Shown here in pieces: positions 1 through 13,811 of a stretch of DNA of 64,000 nt. The notes beneath the pieces were generated by a model that worked only from the letters and a program-made list of their open reading frames with translations, searched no databases and was not told where the DNA came from. This DNA is from Octopus vulgaris (taxonomy: Eukaryota): NCBI GenBank assembly GCA_951406725.2, contig OX597818.1, positions 98,952,001 to 99,016,000 of the forward strand, in the 5' to 3' direction. Position 1 is the stretch's first letter, and each line of letters starts with the position of its first letter. Position numbers and translations under genes: made by a program.

Positions 1-42
1 ACACATTGATACATACATATATAAATATATAATGTATATATG

Positions 43-94
<52 letters not shown>

Positions 95-1248
95 GTATAT
101 ATATAGATAGATAACATATATATATAACACACACACAAGCTCATATATATAATTCATACATACATGAGCTCACAGAAAGGTTAAGTGCTGTTGTATATGG
201 TGGGTGTTATAAAACACATAGGAAGCTAACAGGAAGTGGCTGGGCAGTCCACTGTTACTCAGCACCAGAAATATTTTTTCTTTCCAGGGACCAGAGGACC
301 ATCTGACCTAAAGTCAACTTAACTATTTCAATGATCCTAACAATATATCTTATGTATTAAATGACTACATAGCTTCTAAGTAAGGTAGTGTTTAAATGTT
401 AATATAATGTACTACTTGTGGTATCAAGCCAATAGTGCTGAAAGACAAGATTAATCCAGGATAGAGCTGAAAAACAAGAGTGCCAAGACGTATGACTATA
501 CACTATATGGTACTGGACCAAAACTGCCATTAATATACCTTTCCTTAATAAACTATTGATCCATTGTTGTATTGTAAACAAATAAATACTTTGCTGCTGA
601 ACTATGTTATTAGTTATGCCACAATGACATCAAAAGTTTTAATATTGAACAATGTCTTAAAACTTATCTACATACATATTTGAACATGTGTGTGCTCACA
701 TAAACACAACCCCTCCTATGTGTAGAGACAGACAAACAGACAGACAGAGAAAGAGAGATATATGTATTATATGCAAGTATTATAAGTATATGTATACAAC
801 ACCAAATGTTTTAAGGTTACTTTCATTGATAAAGCATGTACTTTTGACAGTCTAAGCATTTACATCATGGTTCCATTTCTGCAACACAGTTTTATGGCCA
901 GATGTCCTTCCTGTCACAAACCCTTACAGTCAGTTCTTATAATAGACAAAGTTATGGTGTACTGATTGCAAAGATTGGATAGAAGTAGTATTATATGTAT
1001 ATTACACGTTTGTTCATTTTATGTCTGTTTTTCCATTTTGGCTTGAATTGGATGGATACTTATTTGAGACAGCATTTCACAATCAGATGCTCAGCCTATT
1101 GTCAATCCATTCATGCTTTTCAAGTAAGGGATTTTTTTGTTTCACTAAACTTCAAGAGTTAAAAGCTACAGGACATACAGTTTACAGATGCTGGCTCATG
1201 CAGAGGAGCAAAACAAAAAAAAAATATATATATATATATACATATATC

Positions 1249-1293
<45 letters not shown>

Positions 1294-1744
1294 CAGAGAG
1301 AGAAACTTAAACTCCAACTCCTTCATCCGAGGCAGGTAACTCTGATGTAGGAAGTCAGCAATTAGTATGACCTTTGTCAAGCAGGTATGTAAGTAAAAAA
1401 AATAGGTAGATAAACAAAAGTAGGCATAAGGAATGTATTTACATGGACAGTTGCATTTTCAAAGAAATAATGTATGATGTAATCAACTTTTATCTTTGAA
1501 ACTATTTTGGATAAAGAATGACAAGTGACATAACCATGTATAGTATGTAATAAGGCTTAATAATAATGTATGTGTATGGATTAACACAACATTTTAGAGA
1601 TTTGTGATGCAGAATTGTTATCTGCATCAGAAGGTTCTGGCAAATATTTGAATATTAATGAAAGCTGAAGTTGTTAGGTATAATACCATAACGCTTTCTG
1701 CACTGCCAGTCATTACACTCACTCCCCTACGCTATTTTCCTTTG

Positions 1745-2340
1745 ACACCTATTGCTCCTTCTTACCATCAACCTCATCTGCCTCCCTCATTATTATTGTT
1801 CATCTTCTTTCTTATTTTCCTCAGACCACTTCCACTACTATTTTTCCATCATTAGCATTGCTGTTCAAACAGATGTCATACTATCTGTCTTTCACTCTGA
1901 ATGAGAGACTGCTAATATTTCTGTGAATTATTGCTTCTGTGCATCTTCCACATACAAAAACTATTTTTTCTGTTAACCTTCCTGCAAATCCACTATACCT
2001 GTTGTTTGTCCATAGCTTGCTCAGCATACACAATATGGAATTCCTGCCTACATCCCTCCTACATATTGAGCAGGGCCATTTACCTGATGGGAGTAGCGTC
2101 CTGTCTGTCTTCTTGCTTACTGAAACTTTAATCTTTGCAAAGTTAACTTAAAGATACTTCGACTCCAGGTTTTACTTTCATACCTGGAATTTTCTTTTCT
2201 AATTCTTCAACAGAATCTGCTATAAGAACAACATTATTAGCATAAAGTAGTTCCCAAGAACAATCAGTCTTATAATCTTCTGTCATGGTGAGGACTGATC
2301 TCAGGATGTTGGGCCTCATGGAGGCATTCACACAACTATT
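1745..2340 (-). mobile_element. Degenerate RTE-clade LINE reverse transcriptase fragment
   Basis: ORF 2143-2331 contains WELLYANNVVLIADSVEELEKK, a decayed WELLYADDLVLIAES RT motif; surrounding frames are interrupted. Confidence 0.65.
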
Positions 2341-2619
2341 TTATTCAGGTACTGACAACAGTCCCCCATCTATCCTCTCATTCCTCCTTTCAAATCCATA
2401 AATTTAGAACCACTACGATCAATGTTGGCACAATGAAAGGTAAGACTGGTGAGATTATTGAAATGCAAGTGAGGTTGCATGTTGACATGTGCTATGTGCA
2501 AGAGAGAAGATGAGTGGAAGCATCAACTAGTTTCATTATGAGCTAGGAACATTCTTTTGGGTAGGTAGCAGCAATAGGGTGGGATTGTAGGCATATTTTT
2601 GGCAGAGAGATAGATAGAT

Positions 2620-2920
2620 AAAATAATTAAATCAGTCAGAACATGTGATAGTTAAGCTGAGGCATGTTTTAGATAAATCAATAGTGATGTTTAATTCTGC
2701 TTATGCTTCCTAATCTGAGCTGGCAGATGAACAGATGGAGCAATTTTACAAGGCCCTTTTACAGATTACTTTAATGACAAATGACAGTTACTTTATTAAG
2801 TGCCAGGAGAGCTATGACTGGTACTAGAAATGAGGAGAGAACAAGGCTGTCGGAGTTCTGTAATGCAAATGACTTGATGATCTGCTACACAAACTCCAGG
2901 AAACACACTTGTCACCTGAT
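2620..2920 (+). mobile_element. Degenerate LINE apurinic endonuclease (APE) fragment
   Basis: Translates to NSAYAS*SELADEQMEQFYKALL, resembling the YAPQ.G..DE.K..FY..L APE motif. Confidence 0.4.
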
Positions 2921-4189
2921 AAAAACTATTATCAAGCTATTATGAAACTCATTTACAAAATTAAAGTGAATAAAATGGTTAGCAGCAAGTATTGCTCTCT
3001 GTTTGAAATAGGCCCTATATTTATAAAATATGGTTAAGAACAAGTTTACTCTAAATGTTCTTCCATTATTGTCATTGTATCAATTAAGAGAGTGAATTGT
3101 CAGAAACAACAGACTATATGGCTCAAGTCTTTACTTTTACCTTCTAGATTTTCTAAGTTCAATTCTTGCTAGGATGGATTTTGACTTTCATTCTTCTTTG
3201 GAGGATGGTACATTCAGTTGAAGATCATACAACATGTATTTTAAGTTCAAATCCATTTAGAGTTCAAACTTTCTCTTCAGGGTTGATAAAATTTATGCAG
3301 TTATTAAATTGGCAGTTAATTTATACCAATAAGTTCTATACATAGAGTAGATGTTGACTAACAAAAAATGAGAATACTATTTCAATCAAACAGGTCTAAG
3401 ACTTCTGCAACAAGTAACTAAAGATCTGAGACCTAAGCTTATAATTATTACTAGTGTTGTTGTTAACCTCAGTTCAGATCTTATTAGGATTGACTTTGCC
3501 ACTTCGTTATTCAGAGAGTAATAAAGATATACTTTAAAAGGAGTTAATTATATCAACTAACTACATTCCCAACAAATTTGTAACCTAATAACAAAATTTC
3601 AAGTTTTCCTCCTCTTTATTGTTATTAGTATTATGCATGTTCTCTCCACCCACATTTTACATTGATATCCTCACCCCACTGAGTCCCCAAATTCTCTTTC
3701 CTTCTTTATTATTATATATCTTACTCTCTTCTATGCATGCCTTTCCTTCCACTCTCGCAACCTACCAAACCACATGTCAGCTCTCTTTCATCCATCCTCT
3801 GCCTACTATATCAACTACTCTCCCTCACTTTTTACTATGCAGTCAGTCCTGTTACACCTTCCAGCCTCCACCAACTCATGCATCATTGGGCATCCTCCAC
3901 ATTTTGTCTTCCATTCATTACATCCACCCTTCAACCCTACTCAATCTTTGCAGTTATTGGTTACCCTCATCTCACACCCTCATAAACTCTTGCAATCTCC
4001 ATCCAGTCACACTCCTAATTTCTGTGTCCTTACTTAGACACTTCATCACCACTATTTTCATCTCTTTCCAGCTCCATCTGCTCACACCCACTCTTCTAAA
4101 ATGTGAGTAACTATGTATTCCACTGCAGCAAGAAACCTGTTCTGCTCTAGCTCTTTCTATCATACTTTAACACCTCATCGCCTAGCACG

Positions 4190-4420
4190 AAACTGTGTTC
4201 CTTGGGGTTTGTAGTCTTGTCTGCCACATGATAACCCTACAAATGTGGTGCCAAAAAAAAAAAAGCATCCAGTATATGCTGTAAAGTAGTTGGTGTTAGG
4301 AAAGGCATAAAGCTGCCAAAGCAGACAATAAAGCATGATGTAGCCCTTGAATTCAACAGACCATGTCAAACTATTCAACCCATGCCAATATGGGAATATG
4401 GATGTTAAATGGTGATGATA
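4190..4420 (+). mobile_element. RTE-related 3' tail / SINE fragment
   Basis: ggtgttaggaaaggcataaagctg...caacccatgccaatatggg...gatgttaaatggtgatgat matches the tail seen at 39750-40030, 53770-53830 and 63470-63618. Confidence 0.55.
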
Positions 4421-5374
4421 AGTAGTCACAGACTGATGAGTTTACTGTCATCATCATCATCATTGTATTACAGTGCTTTTCCATCTTAGTATGAATTCCG
4501 TATGAGAATGGTAGACATCATGTATAAATAAAATTATTGAATTATTTTGTTTTCAGTATGGTGAACTATTTGCTTAGCCATTTTGTGATTATGTCTGAAA
4601 TGATATACAGGGAAAAATTTAGCTAAGCTCATTCTCACACCGGGTTTGAAATGCAACTTAACAAAAAGTTCATACATAAGATTATGGCAAAAAAAAATTT
4701 TAATTTGAAAATTGCCACTTTAAACTATTGTATATCAGAACTACAGGCAATGACAATTGGATTAATATCAAAAGATAAGAAAGGATTGTCCATGGTCCTA
4801 GTCAACATGTGATCACACAAACTATATATATATGAATGATAAAATACAGTGCATTTTTGTATTTCCTTTCACTATGTAAGCATAAATAATGCATGGTAAA
4901 GAACTGATAAATCTTTTCCATTCATTATTTACGCTTACACCCTTATTTGATTAGGTATGAGTGTAACTATATATGCACAAACGCTCACAAACAGACACAC
5001 AAATATGTACATATATCAAGTCACTATAATGATTGATGCATATGTAGAGGATGAAAAAACAAAAATACCTAGGAGTCCAAACACTCCTACACATGAATCA
5101 AAATGATTTTCTTTCGCTGTACACAAATACACACACACACACGTGCGCACATGCACACATACAAACATTTGAAATTTATATTTTTAAGAAATTTAAAAAT
5201 CAACAAGTCACACTAACTGCAATGCACAAACATAAATGCAGCATAATATTCCATTCAAACAAAATGCAAGATGTCTAGTGAAACACCACCAGCAAAACTT
5301 TGGAAGTTAAAGTTACCTTGCATTTTGATTGTGTATATACACACACACACACAGACACACATACGTAGGTTTCA

Positions 5375-5596
5375 AAACTTTGCACAAAGTCAGTAACTTC
5401 AGGGGAGAGAGTACGTCAGTTACATCAACCCCAGTACTCAAATGGTGCTTATTTTATCGCCCCCCCCCCTCCACTAAAAAAAGGAGGAAGGGCAAAGTCA
5501 ACATTGGTATAATTTGAACTCAGAATATAAAGACAGATGAAATACCACTAAGCATTTTACCTGGTGTACAAATGATTTTACCAACTCACTACCATT
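5375..5596 (-). mobile_element. tRNA-derived SINE (family B, Nin-domain-like), diverged
   Basis: Reverse complement of the gagttcaaattc...gactttgcctttcatcc...gataaaataagtacc motif repeated throughout the window. Confidence 0.65.
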
Positions 5597-6241
5597 ACAC
5601 ACACACACACACACACACATACATACATATAAATATATATTATACATATATTATAAATTCAGTATATTTAAGTATAGCCTCACATAAAACTTAAATCTTT
5701 GGCTAAACGTTTAAGATTAACTACTGAAATGCTCCTCTGATATTTGGTGTCCATATTTATAAATTTTTTTATTTGGCATCCCATGTAACAAACAAATTAT
5801 TTAATCTTGGTTTATCAGATGAAAGGATAACAAAGAAATGAAGAATGTTTAACAAGAGGTTCAACTTTTCCAGATGATATAGAAATGCTAGTTGAAACAG
5901 TGTGTATATAGGGAGCTAGTGAGGATTATAAATACAAAATATAAATATTACTTTTAATATTGTAGAAGAGAGAAAGAATACATAAGGGAAACCAATAAAG
6001 GTATTTTGAGGAAATCATTTAACAAAAAAAATAAATAAAATATTCAGAGCAAAGTTAATCTCTGCACACGCCTGTATAAGTTTGTAGTAGGTATGCATGT
6101 ATACATATATGCTTGATTACATAAAAGTGTGTGTACACACACACATGCATATATATATATACACACACATAGATACTTAGGTCTAGGTACATATCAATTC
6201 ATAGGTCATTAATGTATATACACACATACATATATGCATGC

Positions 6242-6272
<31 letters not shown>

Positions 6273-6923
6273 CATGCAGACAATCATACACAAGTTTGTA
6301 TATGCATATATATGCCCACATACATATAAACCTGTATATGTATTATATGTATGTGTGTATACATACATATATATTTATATATGTGTGTGTTTGTACATAT
6401 ATATATACACACACACACACACGGGATGGCAATGTGCACACACCCACGCACACACACGTTGTCAGACACATATATATACTAAAAAAAAAGTAATATTAGT
6501 GGCTAGGGATTATTCAACTACAATATAATGGCAATTCTGCTAAGTATGCTTCAAATGTAGACACAATAGGTCACTGAGATAAAAAAAAGAATCCCAATTT
6601 AGTGTATAACTGTCCATATCTAGCAACCAAAAATATTGAAATGAAATAAAATTACTGTGGAAAGAAGAATGTAAATAGCTGCAATAAAAAATAATGATTA
6701 CAGAAACAAATTTGGCCATAATGATGACAGCAATGGCAATAAAACAGAACAGAAGAAATAAGTGAAATGCAAAAAGTTGTAAGGTTAGGAACAAAGTAAT
6801 ATGTAGATTAACTGAAATCTCTTCAAAGAAGAGAGTATATGGATATATTTACACACACACAGACATATAATTATATATAAAAATAGCATTTATATCTGTG
6901 TATGTGTGTATATATGTGAGTAC

Positions 6924-7117
6924 TTATATGTACACACATATATTGGAGCATGTGTTTGGAGAAAAACAAATAGCAGCAATGCTATAGATACATAAAGATG
7001 GAAAAAAACAATAAAATAGCAACAGCAGGAAACACCAGTAACAGTAGTAGTTATTACAAGCAGAAGTAGCAACAGCAGCATCTGCAATAGTAGTTAGTAG
7101 TTGGTGGGAGGAAGGTT
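6924..7117 (-). CDS. Candidate alternative terminal exon with hydrophobic (GPI-signal-like) C-terminus
   Basis: Branch-like tactaat about 40 nt upstream and acceptor ctttcgattttag|AA in phase 1. Reads EPSSHQLLTTIADAAVATSACNNYYCYWCFLLLLFYCFFPSLCIYSIAAICFSPNTCSNICVYI*. Confidence 0.25.
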
Positions 7118-7332
7118 CTAAAATCGAAAGTACAAAAATGGAAAATAAAAATTTATTCATTAGTATCAGATCAACAGTCATTCATATTCTGCATAAGATA
7201 TGTGGAAGCAAACATTATATATGTATATAACTGTGTCAGCCAGTGAGATATGCCAATATACATTAAATAACATACACAACTGAGACACTAGGTTTGTGAT
7301 TTAACTTTATTTCATGTTTTTAGTCATATCAA

Positions 7333-7905
7333 TTAATGACCTGCACTGCCTCCGGAAAATCCTCCGCATCAAATGGCAGAATCATACCCCCAACAAAGAT
7401 GTCCTCAGGCAAGCAGGAATACCAAGCATGTTTGCACTCCTCACACAAAGACGTATGAGATGGCTTGGGCATGTTAGCCGTATGAAAGATGGCAGAATCC
7501 CCAAGGACATACTCTACGGAGAGCTTGCTAGGGGTACTAGGTCTGTGGGTAGACCGTTCTTACGTTACAAGGATGTTTGCAAAAGGGACATGAAGGCCTG
7601 CAACATCAATATTAGCGGTTGGGAGGCAGTTGCCAGCAACCGTGGAGACTGGCGACGTACCGTAAAAGAGGGAATACAAAGGAGTGACAGAGAGAGAGAG
7701 GAGAAATGGAAAGACAAGAAAAGACGTCAACAAGAAACTATGGCATTACAACCAGCCAGGAACAGTCTTCGCTACATTTGCGGTACCTGCCAGAGGAGTG
7801 TTTGCCACAGCAGGAAATGTATCAGGACATGAAATGTAAAAGCCGGACTAGACTACTTTATGCGCAACTCCATTGTCTCTCAAGACAAAAAGGATGCCAA
7901 CAACA
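7333..7905 (+). mobile_element. 5'-truncated RTE (BovB-like) LINE with target-site duplication
   Basis: ORF 7314-7832 has CLRKILRIKWQ...RRMRWLGHVSRMKDGRIPKDILYGEL..G.RSVGRP.LRYKDVCKRDMK (RTE RT C-terminus). It ends in a (CAA)n tail and has the 11-bp TSD AGTCATATCAA at 7322-7332 and 7906-7916. Confidence 0.9.
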
Positions 7906-8125
7906 AGTCATATCAAATATTTCAGACTCCAGCTAAACATTGCAGTATATACAAAAATTTCTTCAGCTTATAAGTTTTAATAAATAAATAATGATACACA
8001 CACAAACATATATACATACTACCCTCTATATTGTAAAGAAAAATTACTTTTCTGAATCAAAAACTTACAATAGATTTGTATTTAGTAGAAGTAATACACT
8101 TAGTAAATATAAAATTAACCCCAAG

Positions 8126-8342
8126 TTAATCCTTTGACATTACTCTGTCAAATGTAATGCTTATTTAATCACACTGTTCTAAAGTAATCATGCATTATCT
8201 CATAACTTTGAGATTTTGATATGATTGCTTATTGTTAAGATGACATTGTAGGGTAGATGTGGGAGGCCAGATCTGACCAGTTTGAACATAGAATGGAGAA
8301 TAATTGGTCTAGACATGGCTGGTTTAGATGCTTAAGTGTTAA
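8126..8342. mobile_element. Degenerate TTAA-flanked (piggyBac-type) MITE
   Basis: Bounded by TTAA at both ends (ttaatccttt...aagtgttaa) with decayed CCCTTT/AAAGGG termini. Confidence 0.45.
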
Positions 8343-8429
8343 ACTATGATTCGCATGTCTCAAGTCACATATTTTCTAAATGTATAAACATTCTCTCAAA
8401 CAAATCAAAGCTGGCAAATAAAATCCAAC

Positions 8430-8645
8430 AAGGGAGTTCTTATATGGTTACTCCACCTGCAAGAAATAGTAATGAAAAGTCCCTAAAATCTCTCATTTAG
8501 TGTCTTAAAAATATAAGGAAGGGCACACTGATTTATGTAATCCTAGATGTCATGCACTTGTGGAAAAAGATAGGATGTTTATGATTAGAAAGCTTTTGAT
8601 TGTAGGTTTATTCAATCAGGGCTGAAATGTAGGTAAGCGGCAATA
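8430..8645 (+). mobile_element. Unclassified interspersed repeat; diverged minus-strand copy at about 59395-59570
   Basis: Shared motifs atggttactc..cctgc.agaaatag and ttcaatcagggctga....aggtaagc.gcaa between the two loci. Confidence 0.4.
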
Positions 8646-8749
8646 ACACACATAGATATATTGAACTAAGACACAAATAACAGGTAAGTTAGTGTTAATA
8701 TATTTAATACAAGAGCATCAAAAGGCCATTCAGAAGCAAAAAAGTTTAA

Positions 8750-8787
8750 AGAAAGAAAGAAAGAACAAAAGAAAGAAAAGGAAGAAA

Positions 8788-8848
<61 letters not shown>

Positions 8849-8862
8849 GAAGAAAGAAAGAA
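8750..8862 (+). repeat. (GAAA)n microsatellite
   Basis: Direct reading of the tandem repeat. Confidence 0.95.
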
Positions 8863-9077
8863 ATGAATGACTACTTTCACTTTCATGAAAAATATGAGAC
8901 AATTCTGAACATAATTCAGTGTTATTCTGACCTCACTAACAAAACAACTCTCACTCTGATGAAGTAATGAAGAAATATTTATTAAGTAAATACACAAAAT
9001 TGTACATTAAACAAAAATTCTTGTTAGCATTAGACTTAAACAAAACTAGCACCCACAAGAAATATAAAAGAATATCA

Positions 9078-9492
9078 GGTGCAGGAGTGGCTGTGGTAAG
9101 TAGCTTGCTAACCAACCACATGGTTCCGGGTTCAGTCCCACTGCGTGGCATCTTGGGCAAGTGTCTTCTGCTATAGCCCCGGGCCGACCAAAGCCTTGTG
9201 AGTGGATTTGGTAGACAGAAACTGAAGGAAGCCTGTCGTATATATGTATATATATATATATGTGTGTATGTGTGTGTTTGTGTGTCTGTGTTTGTCCCCC
9301 TAGCATTGCTTGACAACCGATGCTGGTGTGTTTACGTCCCTGTCACTTAGCGGTTCGGCAAAAGAGACCGATAGAATAAGTACTGGGCTTACAAAGAATA
9401 AGTCCGGGTTCGATTTTCTCGACTAAAGGCGGTGCTCCAGCATGGCCGCAGTCAAATGACTGAAACAAGTAAAAGAGTAAAAGAGTAAAGAG
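9078..9492 (+). mobile_element. Full-length tRNA-derived SINE (family A)
   Basis: Pol III A/B-box-like head (TGGCTGTGGTAAG...GGTTCAGTCCC), internal (TA)/(TG) tract and (GTAAAAGA)n-like tail. A close inverted copy lies at 14269-14668. Confidence 0.9.
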
Positions 9493-9800
9493 AGTCTCAT
9501 TTGCCAGTACAGAATGTATCCCACTTCCCATCAACACACAGCTACTGCTATTGAAGCATCCAATATTCAATTCATCAAATATGTATTATTTGTATGGATA
9601 GAATGTCTGATTGCAGCTACTGTGGAAATAAAGAAGGTGAACTAAGTCAGTTAGCTAGGATTTATAAAAGATTATCAACAAACCATTGAAGGTAGGTGAC
9701 TGGCAATTTTGGCATTATGTTGTTATATATACATACACATATGTAGATACACACACACACAAATATATACATATATAAATATATACATATATGTATATTA

Positions 9801-10086
9801 CCGTGATCACCGTGACTGACCAGGTTATCAGATGTTGCTACACATCGCTGGTCACAATGCACTTCGCATTGTTTTAGCCTTCAAATGATGCCACCCCGCT
9901 GGCTAAGCGAGTAGGCCAACAGAAGAAAGAGTGAGAGAAAGTTGTGGCGAAAGAGTACAGCAGGGATCGCCACCACCCCCTACAGGAGCCTCATGGAGCT
10001 TTAGGTGTTTTCGCTCAATAAACACTCACAACGCCTGGTCTGGGAATCGAAACCGCGATCCCTAACCACTGGGCCATTGCGCCTCC
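9801..10086 (-). mobile_element. tRNA-derived SINE (family C)
   Basis: Minus-strand head ggaggcgcaaTGGCCCAGTGGttagg...GGTTTCGATTCCcag (A and B boxes) followed by a GC-rich non-tRNA body; flanked by microsatellites. Confidence 0.8.
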
Positions 10087-10581
10087 ACACATATATGTAT
10101 ATACATTTCTGTATATGAGTGTGTGTACATATATATACACACACATACACATATATATATATATACATATATCTACACATGCACACACAATATTCTGTAT
10201 TTGACAGAAGAGGTTGTTTTTAGAATATTAACTTTATTGTTTTTGAAGAGTGACCAATGATATTTAGTTAATTACACAAACTAAGTGATCTGGAGCAGGC
10301 GACAACCATGAACTAATAACCCTTTCATGTCTTTCACATTTTATATTGTTTTAGAAATTAGTAAAGGCAATACAGTGCTGGTTCTTGGAGCTTTACAGTA
10401 AATCATTTAATGAATCACTGTTCTCAGTTTTCTGTTTATTGATTATCCTTCTATTGTTTATAAAATAGTTTCCCATAATATAATGAGGTTAATTCCATTT
10501 GGTATACACTTCTCTTACTGTTTATTCATTTTTAATGTAACTTAATGAACAATACACATCAAACTTCAACAGACATTTAGT

Positions 10582-10613
<32 letters not shown>

Positions 10614-12937
10614 TGGGAAGGAGAAGCAGAGGAGTGCATGTGTGTGTTTCTGTATGGTATAATACAATATTCTCAACCTGTCTTGTTTAGAATCAACTCT
10701 AAATAGTAACAATTTGTACAGCAATATGAATAAATAAAAATTAAAACAGTATACCAATACATTATACTGTTTGCTTTAAAATATTCTAACTATACAGTAT
10801 TGTACATTATAATAGTATATGACATATAGTTGCTGGCTGACATAGAAATTGTATAGCAGAGTATAAAAATGTACGAGATATGGTCATCATTAATAGTAAA
10901 AAGCTTATTAAAAAGAAAAAAAACTGCAAAGGAAAAACATAAATTTCACAATATTTAAAGCAATAAAAAAAATTTATTTGTTAAGATATTTGTAAGATAT
11001 TTACAAATAGAAAGTTTTTAACATAATTTTTTAATTCAAACACAAAACATTTAATGTTTTCATTAAAAAATGGCTAATTCTAGAATGAAACCTTATTGCT
11101 AACACTTATGAAGTATCCTCTTCACTAATTTTATCAAGCATAAGACTATGTTAACAAATCAGTTATTTTCAGCGTTTTTCAAAACTTATAATTTCACATT
11201 AAAATAAAAAACTTTGTTCATTTGGAAATATTAAAAATGTTTAGTTACCATTAATTAAGCAGTTTTCTGGACACAAATAAATGGAATGCTGTATTTAAGC
11301 TGACTGTCTAGATTATAATTTCATGTTTCATATTTGTATCTACATCATATAAAAGTTCCAAGTTCAAATGTAACTCACAGGAAATGTATATCATTGAAAA
11401 TAGGGCACCAGAAATACACAGAAAAGAGAAACACAAGATAATATTAACTTACAAAACCTATGCTAACTCCAAAATGTTATGCCAATCCAAAAGTACTAGA
11501 ATCAACAGGCCAAAATGTTCAACAGCAAGTGGATTAACCAATTTCAAAATTAAAATTTATTCACCTCTGATTGATAAAAAAATAAGAACTGGTAATGTCT
11601 AAATATTATTGATTGTAAAGAAAATAATTTAATTATTGACAATAAACATTTCTCAACAAAACTGACTGAATATCTGGTCAAACACACAATTATGGTTATT
11701 ATAAAAGGACAGTGAGTTTGTAACAATAGTAAAGCATCAGACAAAATTCCATACTGTATTTAGTATTTTCCTAAGCTCAAAACCTGCCAACATCAGTTAA
11801 CACAAATCATATCCTAAAAGTATTATGCAAATATGCTCCTTCCTTTAGAAATGTTTTAACCTATGCAGATGTGAAAAATAAGAATTATAACTATAATCAT
11901 TAATTTTGTTTTCAGAGGGTAGTAGACAGTAGACATGTAGGAGATATGTAGAGTACTGGAGAACGTTTTGTGGTATCCATATGCATTGACATTTTGAGTT
12001 CTGCCAGGACTGGATTTGTCTTTCGTCTTTCTTGGATTGATCGGACAAATACTGTGATCCATTTTATTGACTATATCCTCTCCACTAAAATGCTTGCTAC
12101 TCTGACAATTAGAAAATAACTATTTTACTAGTGTACCAATATCATTAAAAAAAGACCGACAAGTTATAGAGAACTGTTAAAAATGATGATTAAAAATTAT
12201 TGATAAATTTCTAATGTAAAGACTGCACTTTGCATTTAATAGTAAAATATTACAGTTTAATAATTTATAAGTGTGATAGTGCATGCTGCTGCTAAAATGA
12301 TAGATCATAATGGTATTTAAGTACATAAAAACTTACACCATCAAATGACAATTTTTCCGTATAACAATTTTATTGGTCCACTGCAAGTTTTAATGAAATT
12401 ATTAAAAAAATTCATTAAAAATGATGATACAATATTCCAGGGTTAAAGAATGTTTCTATTTCTAGTCCTGATTAAAATAACATATATTTAACTTCTTACT
12501 TCAGCTCACTGTTACTTTAATTTTCCCACTAACACTGTCTGCTATCAGAGCAGTGTGATAAACACCCTTAAACACCCTATCATCCCTCACATTTTCATTT
12601 TACTTCTACTTTTATTGATTCACTAGCTGTTCTTTAACAGCAAATTTCTTAATCTCACAGAAATGCATGTGCTTTTCCAGTCATGCTTGTGCTTATGAAC
12701 TATGCATAAATATGAGAGAAAGTGTGATGTGGAAACATCTGTGTATAATAAGTGAAAATGCAATCTCTCTCTCTCTGTCTTATGTGCCCATAGCTTTCAC
12801 TGGGTACACCATATGGAGTTTCTCCTGACACCTTTTCTACATATCAAGCAGAAGCATCTCTCTGAAGGGACATATGATTTGTCGGTTTTCCTACTTATCA
12901 ACACTTTGGTCTTTGCTAACTGACTTATCAATGCTTT

Positions 12938-12997
<60 letters not shown>

Positions 12998-12998
<1 letters not shown>

Positions 12999-13500
12999 AG
13001 TACAAATAAAGGTTACAAGCCTCATTGAGGGATAGCAAAATTCTATGAAAGTACTGGCTCCCTATACAAAGACTGTTGAACATTACAGTTAATACTCAAC
13101 AATAACAATATAAACCGTGGTTTATATATATTTATTTATTATAAGATAAGAATATAGAGAGATAATTAATAAATTATTATTTATTAATTAAAAAACTGAC
13201 AAACAACCCTTACAGCTGTTTCAGTTCAAGACATCCAGAAAATTAATTAATAAAAATGAAAAGTTATTTGTAAGTCAAATTTCATCAGAGGTAGCTTAAG
13301 ATATACGAAATATGAATAATGCAGGAATTGAACATCTATTTTGTATATCTTAAACTACCTCTGATGAGATTTGACTTTCAAATAATTTTTAATTTTATAA
13401 ATTAATTTTCTGAGGTCTTGAACTGAAACAGCTGTAAGCGATGTTTGTCATTTTTAAAAATTAATAAATAATAATTTATTATCTCTATTTTCTTATCCTC
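12998..13500. mobile_element. Fold-back (palindromic) Penelope-type pLTR element between (TA)n tracts
   Basis: Inverted arms about 13143-13312 and 13337-13497 around a ~24-nt loop; each arm holds a hammerhead core; (TA)n on both flanks. Confidence 0.7.
13355..13440 (+). ncRNA. Minimal type I hammerhead ribozyme motif (right arm); mirror copy on minus strand at 13205-13295
   Basis: CTGATGA at 13361-13367, a 57-nt stem II region and GAAACAGCTGTA at 13425-13436 (palindromic stem III ACAGCTGT, GUA triplet). Stem I is only 2-3 bp. Confidence 0.6.
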
Positions 13501-13773
13501 TTATATATATATATATATATTTGCACTGCATAACGAAGACATAACACGATGTAAATAAAGACATCTGAGAAAAATGAGAAATTTGAAAAGTTAACACGAA
13601 ACCGGTAATTTCTTCAAAAACTATGTTACTGTATGAAAAAATTTTATAACATTCTTCTAACATAATGACTCAAATATATTCTTTAACCTTATAAAACAAG
13701 CCTTCTGTAGTTTTTTTACTCTTTACTATTTTCTATATTTCCAACCACATACTTTTACACACCAACTTTCTTA

Positions 13774-13811
<38 letters not shown>

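Noticed and set aside
3619-4110. 163-aa plus-strand ORF
   Set aside because: C/T-rich decayed repeat sequence similar to 39290-39720, with no protein motif.
9078-9150. tRNA-like sequences at SINE heads (also about 10040-10086)
   Set aside because: A/B boxes are present but there is no complete cloverleaf, and they continue into SINE bodies.
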